From Eledone cirrhosa (taxonomy: Eukaryota), in NCBI GenBank assembly GCA_964016885.1, contig OZ024757.1:30008001-30072000 (forward strand): a DNA stretch of 64,000 nt. The letters run 5' to 3'. The notes beneath the pieces are model-generated. The model saw nothing but the letters and a program-made list of their open reading frames with translations, was not told the DNA's origin and searched no databases. Numbering within the stretch: position 1 is the stretch's first letter; every line of letters starts with the position of its first letter. Below, piece by piece: positions 57,163 through 64,000 of the stretch. The translations under genes and the position numbers were made by a program.

Positions 57163-58124
57163 TTGTTTATAATTTCAACTGCGTGGTTCCAATGGGAGAG
57201 TCTGAGAAAGTTCTTTATCTTGAAACATAACTGGGCTTGGAGATATTGGTTCTAAAAAAAGACAAACGACAACATATTTTTTTAAAAAAACATTAAATAA
57301 AATAAATTGTATATACAAAATAGAACAAAAATATTTAGCCTCTTTCACCTCCTCTTTCTCCAACGCCACCCACCCACCCCCCTATATATCTCTCTCTCTC
57401 ACACCCTCTCTCTCTCCCTCTTTCTCTCTCTCTCCTTATGCATATGCTTTTGCGTTTGTAAATGATATGAAGAAGTCACGTTTTTGTACATAAGGACATT
57501 TTTTAACTGAAAACAACCAACAACGACAAACGTTTGCAATATATTTATATATATGTATGTGTGTGTGTGTGGATGTGTGAGTGTTTATGTTTATGTGTCT
57601 GTATGCGTTTGTGAATGTGTGTGCGTGCATGTGTATGTGTGTGCTTGTGAGCATATGTATTTGTGTGTGCTTGTGTGCTTATATGTGTGTGTGTGCATGT
57701 GAGTGCGTGTGTGTATGTGTGCTTGTGTTTGTGTGTGTTTGTGTTTGTGTGTGTTTGTGTGTATGTGTGTGTATATGTGTGTTTGCGAGTGACTGCGTGC
57801 ATGTGTTTGTGTGTGTGCTTGTATGTGTATGTATGCTTGTGTGCGCTTGTGTGTGTGTGTACGTGCGTATGTGGTCATATATGTATAAAACGGTGCATCG
57901 GTGCTCGATATGTTAAACGATGCATCGGGTTAACGCCCATTCACGTCAAGAAGTAACTCAGTACATTCCATATTCATTGATTGGGGAAATAAATGCTATA
58001 CTGTTATATGCTCGACTAAATCCTTTTATAGTTATTTACACAAAATACATCGCGTAGATCATCTAATCCAACTGACGAAAGCAATGGAAGTTGCTTTTAC
58101 AATTTGGTTTTGAGTTATTAGCAC

Positions 58125-58220
58125 AAATTTGTTTGATATATATATATATATAATTTTGTTTGATATATATATATATAATTTTGTTTGATATATATATATA
58201 TATATATATATAATTTTGTT

Positions 58221-58256
<36 letters not shown>

Positions 58257-59205
58257 GTTTGATATATATATATATAATTTTGTTTGAGATATATATATAT
58301 ATAATTTTGTTTGATATATATATATATATAATTTTGTTTGATATATATATATATAATTTTGTTTGAGATATATATATATATAATTTTGTTTGATATATAT
58401 ATATATAATTTTGTTTGATATATATATATATATATATAATTTTGTTTGATATATATATATATATATAATTTTGTTTGATATATATATATATACTTTTGTT
58501 TGATATATATATATATACTTTTGTTTGATATATATATATATATATAATTTTGTTTGATATATATATATATATAATTTTGTTTGATATATATATATATATA
58601 ATTTTGTTTGATATATATATATATATAATTTTGTTTGATATATATATATATATATATAATTTTGTTTGATATATATATATATATAATTTTGTTTGATATA
58701 TATATATATATAATTTTGTTTGATATATATATATATATAATTTTGTTTGATATATATATATATATATATAATTTTGTTTGATATATATATATATATATAT
58801 ATAATTTTGTTTGATATATATATATATATAATTTTGTTTGATATATATCCCAATTTTGTTGGATATATATATAATTTTGTTGGATATATATATACCGTTT
58901 TGTTTGATATATATATACAATTTTGTTTGGCATATATACCGTTTTGTTTGATATATATACAATTTTGTTTGAAATATATACAATTTTGTTTGGTATATAT
59001 ACAATTTTGTTTGATATATATACCATTTTGTTTGGTATATATACAATTTTGTTTGATATATATACCATTTTGTTTGATATATATACCATTTTGTTTGGTA
59101 TATATACAATTTTGTATGGTATATATACAATTTTGTTTAGTATATATACAATTTTGTTTGAAATATAAACAATTTTGTTTGATATATATACAATTTTGTT
59201 GGATA
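58125..59205. repeat. Compound satellite ATTTTGTTTG + (AT)n
   Basis: Constant 10-mer with variable AT spacers, grading into ~20-bp diverged units after 58850. Confidence 0.93.
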
Positions 59206-59292
59206 TATATCTATATCTATATACATATGCGTGTGTGTGTATCCCAGGTTCAGTCGGAGATAACCACAGCCAGTAAGGTACTTAATACATAG

Positions 59293-59429
59293 CAGAGTAT
59301 AAATATTTAATATAAATGATTTCCTTCCAATGAAACAGTTTTAGTCCTGTAGAAGCCATTTCTATATTAGGACTAGAACTGTTTCATTCGAAGGAAATCA
59401 TCAATATTAAATATTTATATTACACTCTG
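59293..59429. repeat. Imperfect palindrome upstream of the Naiad-like RT fragment
   Basis: ATAAATATTTAATAT..ATGATTTCCTTCCAATGAAACAGTTTTAGTCCT pairs with AGGACTAGAACTGTTTCATTCGAAGGAAATCAT..ATATTAAATATTTAT. Confidence 0.8.
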
Positions 59430-59620
59430 TCTAGCTCTACACCTCGATACTGACGTGAACCTAAACATCGAGTGCTCACCCGGGTGAACCTACAGTACCT
59501 CCGCGTGACACCCCCTGTATATATATATTATATATATATATATATATAATATATAATATATATATATATTATATATATATATATATATTTATATATAATA
59601 TATAATATATATATATATAT

Positions 59621-60196
59621 AGGAAAAAGTATGACCCCGACGGCAGAGCTCAAGCCGTTTCGACGGCTATTTCTGGTCAAGAGCATTAAATTCAAACCCA
59701 CCCACAACAGATTCCTACAACAACTCCGTAGCAAAATAACAGAGTATGAAAACACCAACGACATCATGGTGCACTCGGACAAAACTGGAAACCTCTACTT
59801 CGTTAACCCTGACAGATACCACACACTGATCAGGAACAGCCTAAACTCCACCTATAAAAAGGCTAACCATTCAATTATCGAGGACATAAATCGAGCTGGA
59901 CAACAAATTACCTCCAGACTCGGGGTCGCCGACCGCACTGAACCCCTAGACCCACGGACTCCCTACTTCACACTGAAGGACCACAAATCCGACTTCGACT
60001 ACAAACCATCCATTAGGCTTATAAACCCAACGAAGTCGGACATAGGGAGAATCAGTAAAAAGATCCTAGACCGAGTTATACCAAAAGTTAAGCAAAACGT
60101 AAGACTTAGCTTATGGGTCAGCACCCAGGTAGTAATCTCATGGTTCAAGAATATGGAGGACAAACGAGACACAAAATTCGTCCAGCTTGACATAGT
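59621..60196 (+). mobile_element. Penelope-like reverse transcriptase N-terminal fragment, Naiad-like
   Basis: SDKTGNLY...TYKK...YFTLKDHKSDF...PSIRLINPTKSDIGRISKKILD...W.ST..VISWF...FVQLDIV. Ends at RT motif A and is flanked by (TA)n on both sides. Confidence 0.85.
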
Positions 60197-60237
60197 ATAT
60201 ATATATATATATATATATATTATACACTGAATATAAT

Positions 60238-60452
60238 GATTTCTAATTTAAGCAGAAAGCCAACAATTTGTGGCGTGGTGAAAATAGACTATATGGATCC
60301 TAGTATTTAATTGGTACTTTATTTTATCATCTCCGGAAGAATGCAGGGCAAAGTTGACCTCGGCGAGATTTGAACTCAGAACGTAAAGAGCCAGAACAAA
60401 TAGTGTTAAGCATTTCTCTGATGCTCTAGCGACTCTACCAACCTACCAGCCT
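60238..60452 (-). mobile_element. SINE family A, older longer variant
   Basis: Diverged consensus; direct repeat ACTGAATATAAT at 60226 and 60456. Confidence 0.8.
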
Positions 60453-60849
60453 TTTACTGAATATAATAAGGAGAAAGAAGAAAGAGAGAGACTTGTGTGT
60501 GTGTGTGTGCGTCTGTGTCATTCTGTGTGTGTATCAGTTTGAATACGAGCGCCTATCTTTATATGTGCGTGTATATGTGCATGTGTGTGTGTGTATGTTC
60601 GTGTGCATCTGTGAAAGAGAATCAAAGAAACTGAGAAAGTGTGGAGGGTAACGATGAGAATGGGATGAGTGAGTGCTATTTGGTAAGCTAAGCCTCAGCA
60701 TGATTTTTGTCCCAGTTGTATATGTGTGTTTACTCATTAAAGTATCTAACCAGGCGGAAAATTTAGACTTTGGGGTTTAATGTTCGTTCGTAAAATATCA
60801 GCTTTCGGGGTGTGTCAAGATTTATTTTTTAAAATGTTGACGTTATACG

Positions 60850-60950
60850 AATTCCGCTTCATTTCCTTCTCATCCTGTCACCATAGAAACGATAAACTTT
60901 AACAAATCAATGGGACGAGCCAATAAAACAAGCCTCCTACCTAGTGACGG
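60850..60950. promoter_or_regulatory. Candidate promoter: RFX X-box plus CCAAT box
   Basis: GTCACCATAGAAAC (60877-90) fits the X-box consensus GTHNYYATRRNAAC; AGCCAAT at 60918-24; half site CCTAGTGAC at 60940-48; non-repetitive island. Confidence 0.4.
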
Positions 60951-61596
60951 CAGAGAATTGACAAAGTCCTTAGAACGTCTGATAGAACGTTTTGCAGTAT
61001 TCGTCCTGGCTCTCTGCAGTCTTGAGTTCAAATCCTGCCGAGGTGAACTTTGCCTTTAATCCTTTCAAGTTCGATAAAATACAGAGACTACCAGTCCAAT
61101 ACTGGGATCGATTCTTCCTCCTCTCTATCTATATATCTTTCTATCTACCTTTTTATCTCTCTCTCTCCTTTTCTGGAAGTAATCGGCTGTGTTCAGACCT
61201 GGTGAGGGATGTGCTTCACTAGGTTTAAAATGCCTAAGACACTCCATATATCTCTACAGTGCCCCTGTGATTCCACCAGAAGTTACAGGTCCATACATAT
61301 GTCCATACGTAGTCACTCAACTTGCTAGAAGTAACCGCTGGATTTCCCTCAAATCCCACTCTACTTTCTTAAGAAGTCATTTTGTATAGTGTAGTCTTGA
61401 TTTCCCTACGCATAGAAAAAAAAGATAGGATGGTCATCCCTGGGATAGGATGCTTTTGATCATGCTTACTTCGTCAGGCGCTAAACAACAAACCAACATA
61501 ACAGTTAGAGACTTTATCTGATCGCTCGACCTTCTAGAAATAGCAGCCTAATCTCCGTTAAAAAAAGACAACGAAACATTATATATTATATCTCAA

Positions 61597-61772
61597 CAGT
61601 ATCAGTAAAAGGTCGGACGCCATGCTTTGCAGCAAAGAGTTATGGCCTTTAATGATCTGAGTTCAAATCCAGCCGAGGTTAACGTTGCCTTTCATCCTTA
61701 CGGGGTCGATAAAATAAAGGACCAGTAATGTACTGGGTAATTGCTGGCCTTGTGCCAAAAGTAGAAACAATT
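61597..61772 (+). mobile_element. SINE family A, slightly 5'-truncated
   Basis: Consensus match; direct repeat ATTATA(T/G)CTCAACA at 61585 and 61770. Confidence 0.85.
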
Positions 61773-61933
61773 ATAGCTCAACACGCAATTCCCCCCCCCC
61801 CCCCCCAACTAATGGTCTTGTAAGGGCATCGTCGTGACATAAGGTGTGACATACAGCGTATCTTCGGTATTTTAAACCTGGTGGAGCCCATTCCTTTCCA
61901 AGTCTAAACACGGCCGATTTCTTCCAGAGAAGA

Positions 61934-62012
<79 letters not shown>

Positions 62013-64000
62013 CATCTTTTTATCGAGTCGTTACACCATACCACACCCATCCAGTGTTTCAGACAGAGCATTACCTGGGGTGTTAAGGTTTCAATGTCGT
62101 TAAGTGTGCATAAATCTTCAAGATTTGGCGCAAACTAGAAGGTGTTCCATAGTTTGCAGTTGCCCGCATTGTCTGATAGAATCATCATCATTGGCATATC
62201 CCCATTTCTGTAGGTTTGGCTCTGCAGCGACCAGCAGCGGTTCGGAGGATGTGATAAAGAGATATAAAAGAAAGAGTCAACCCCAGTACTCCACTGGTAC
62301 TAGATTTATCGACCTCGAAAGGATAAAAGGCAAAGTTGTCGTCGGGATTCGAACTGGTGTTGACGTATTATTCGTCGTCGATGATGATAATGATGGCGGT
62401 GATGCTGATGATGATGGTTATAGTGATGACGATGATTATGATGGAGGTGGCGATGATAATTTCGGTGATGCTAATGATGGCGATGATGATGATGATGATG
62501 GTTATGGTGATGACGATGATTATGATGGCGGTGGTGAGGATAATGATGGAGGTGATGCTGATGATAGCGATGATGATGATGGTTATAGTGATAATGATGA
62601 TTATGATGGAGGTGGCGATGATAATTTCGGTGATGCTAATGATGGCGATGATGATGATGATGATGGTTATGGTGATGACGATGATTATGATGGCGGTGGT
62701 GATGATAATGATGGAGGTGATGCTGATGATAGCGATGATGATGATGGTTATAGTGATGATGATGATTATGATGGTGATGGCGGTGATGCTGATGATGGTT
62801 ATGCTGATCACGATGATTATGATGGTAGTGGATGTGATAATTATGATGATAATGATTGTAGGGATGATGAAGTTGATGATGATGATGATGATGAGGGTGA
62901 TAATAATGGTGGTGGTGATGATGATGATGATGTTAATTTCTCCTAATCACTGTTCTTATTCTTTGTTTTGTCTGTTTTTAAGGTAATGGTGTTGTTGATG
63001 ATGATGGCGATGATGGCGATGATGGTGATGGTGGTGATGGTGCTGATGATGGTGATGATGGCGATGATGGTGATGATTGTGATGATGGCGATGATGGTGA
63101 TGGTGCTGATCATGGTGATGATGCTGATGATGCTGACGATGGCGATGATGGTGATGATGGCGATGATGGCGATGATGGCGATGATAATGGTGATGATGGT
63201 GATGATAATGGTGATGATGGTGATGATGCTGATGATGATAATGGTGATGATAATGATGAAAAGGATGCTGATGTCGTTATTTTTGCTCTTGTTTTGGTCA
63301 TTATCATCTCAACCACGCCCACTCTCTCTCTCTCTCTCACTATCTTCCTCCATTTAATTTCTCATTTCTTCAAAATTAAAGAACCACTCTACCGCCTCAG
63401 GTTTTAATTTGCAGACTCATTATCACTGACCAATCATATCGATCCTTGACAAATTGCAGAGCATCGTCAACACCACCACCTCCACCATCAACTCCACCAT
63501 CACCACCATCAACATGTCCGCCGTCACGAACACCACCGCCTCTACCAACATCTTCAATAACACCACCGCCGCCACCACCATCACCTTCGCCAGTTCTAAC
63601 AACAACCTTTTTCCAATTCCACCACCACGTCACAACTACCACTACCACCACCGCTACTATCAACACCACCACCACATCACCACCACTACCATTACCGTCA
63701 CTACCACCTCTACCAACACTGCTACTATCAACACCATCACCACCACCACCACTACCATTACCGTCACTACCACCTCTACCAACACTGCTTCCATCAACAC
63801 CACCACCACACCACCACCACCACCATTACTGTCACTACCACCTCTACCAACACTGCTACCATCAACACCACCACCACCACGCCACTACCATGACCGCCTC
63901 CACCACGTCACAACCATCACCACTACCATTACCGTCACTACCACCTCTACCAACACCGTTACCATCAACACCACCACCACCACCATGAGGATTACCACCA

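Noticed and set aside
58125-58850. CRISPR-like repeat/spacer pattern
   Set aside because: The repeat is only 10 nt, the spacers are pure (AT)n, the context is eukaryotic and there are no cas genes.

Overview
Repeat-dense, AT-rich eukaryotic non-coding DNA. The SINE families and very high microsatellite load resemble an octopus (coleoid cephalopod) genome, which is my inference. Almost all long ORFs in the supplied track are artefacts of (TA)n/(TACA)n/(GT)n/trinucleotide repeats, and no intact host gene is evident. Recognisable coding remnants are all retrotransposon fragments: the 3' end of a Penelope-like element (PLE) with a GIY-YIG endonuclease (4877-5602), a Naiad-like PLE reverse-transcriptase fragment (59621-60196), a Vingi/Ingi-like LINE 3' end, and decayed RTE-like and Tx1/L1-like pieces. 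There are many tRNA-derived SINEs, five copies of a ~609-bp RTE-derived non-autonomous element, several MITE/foldback elements, minisatellites and a 200-N gap. The most notable signal is a set of type I hammerhead ribozyme motifs in short islands between microsatellites. Five have an intact CUGANGA...GAAA...UH core (5889, 10441, 16837 minus, 16982, 49887), one is a U4A variant (35412), and several are decayed. They belong to at least four sequence families and include a back-to-back inverted pair. Folds were read by eye and activity is untested.
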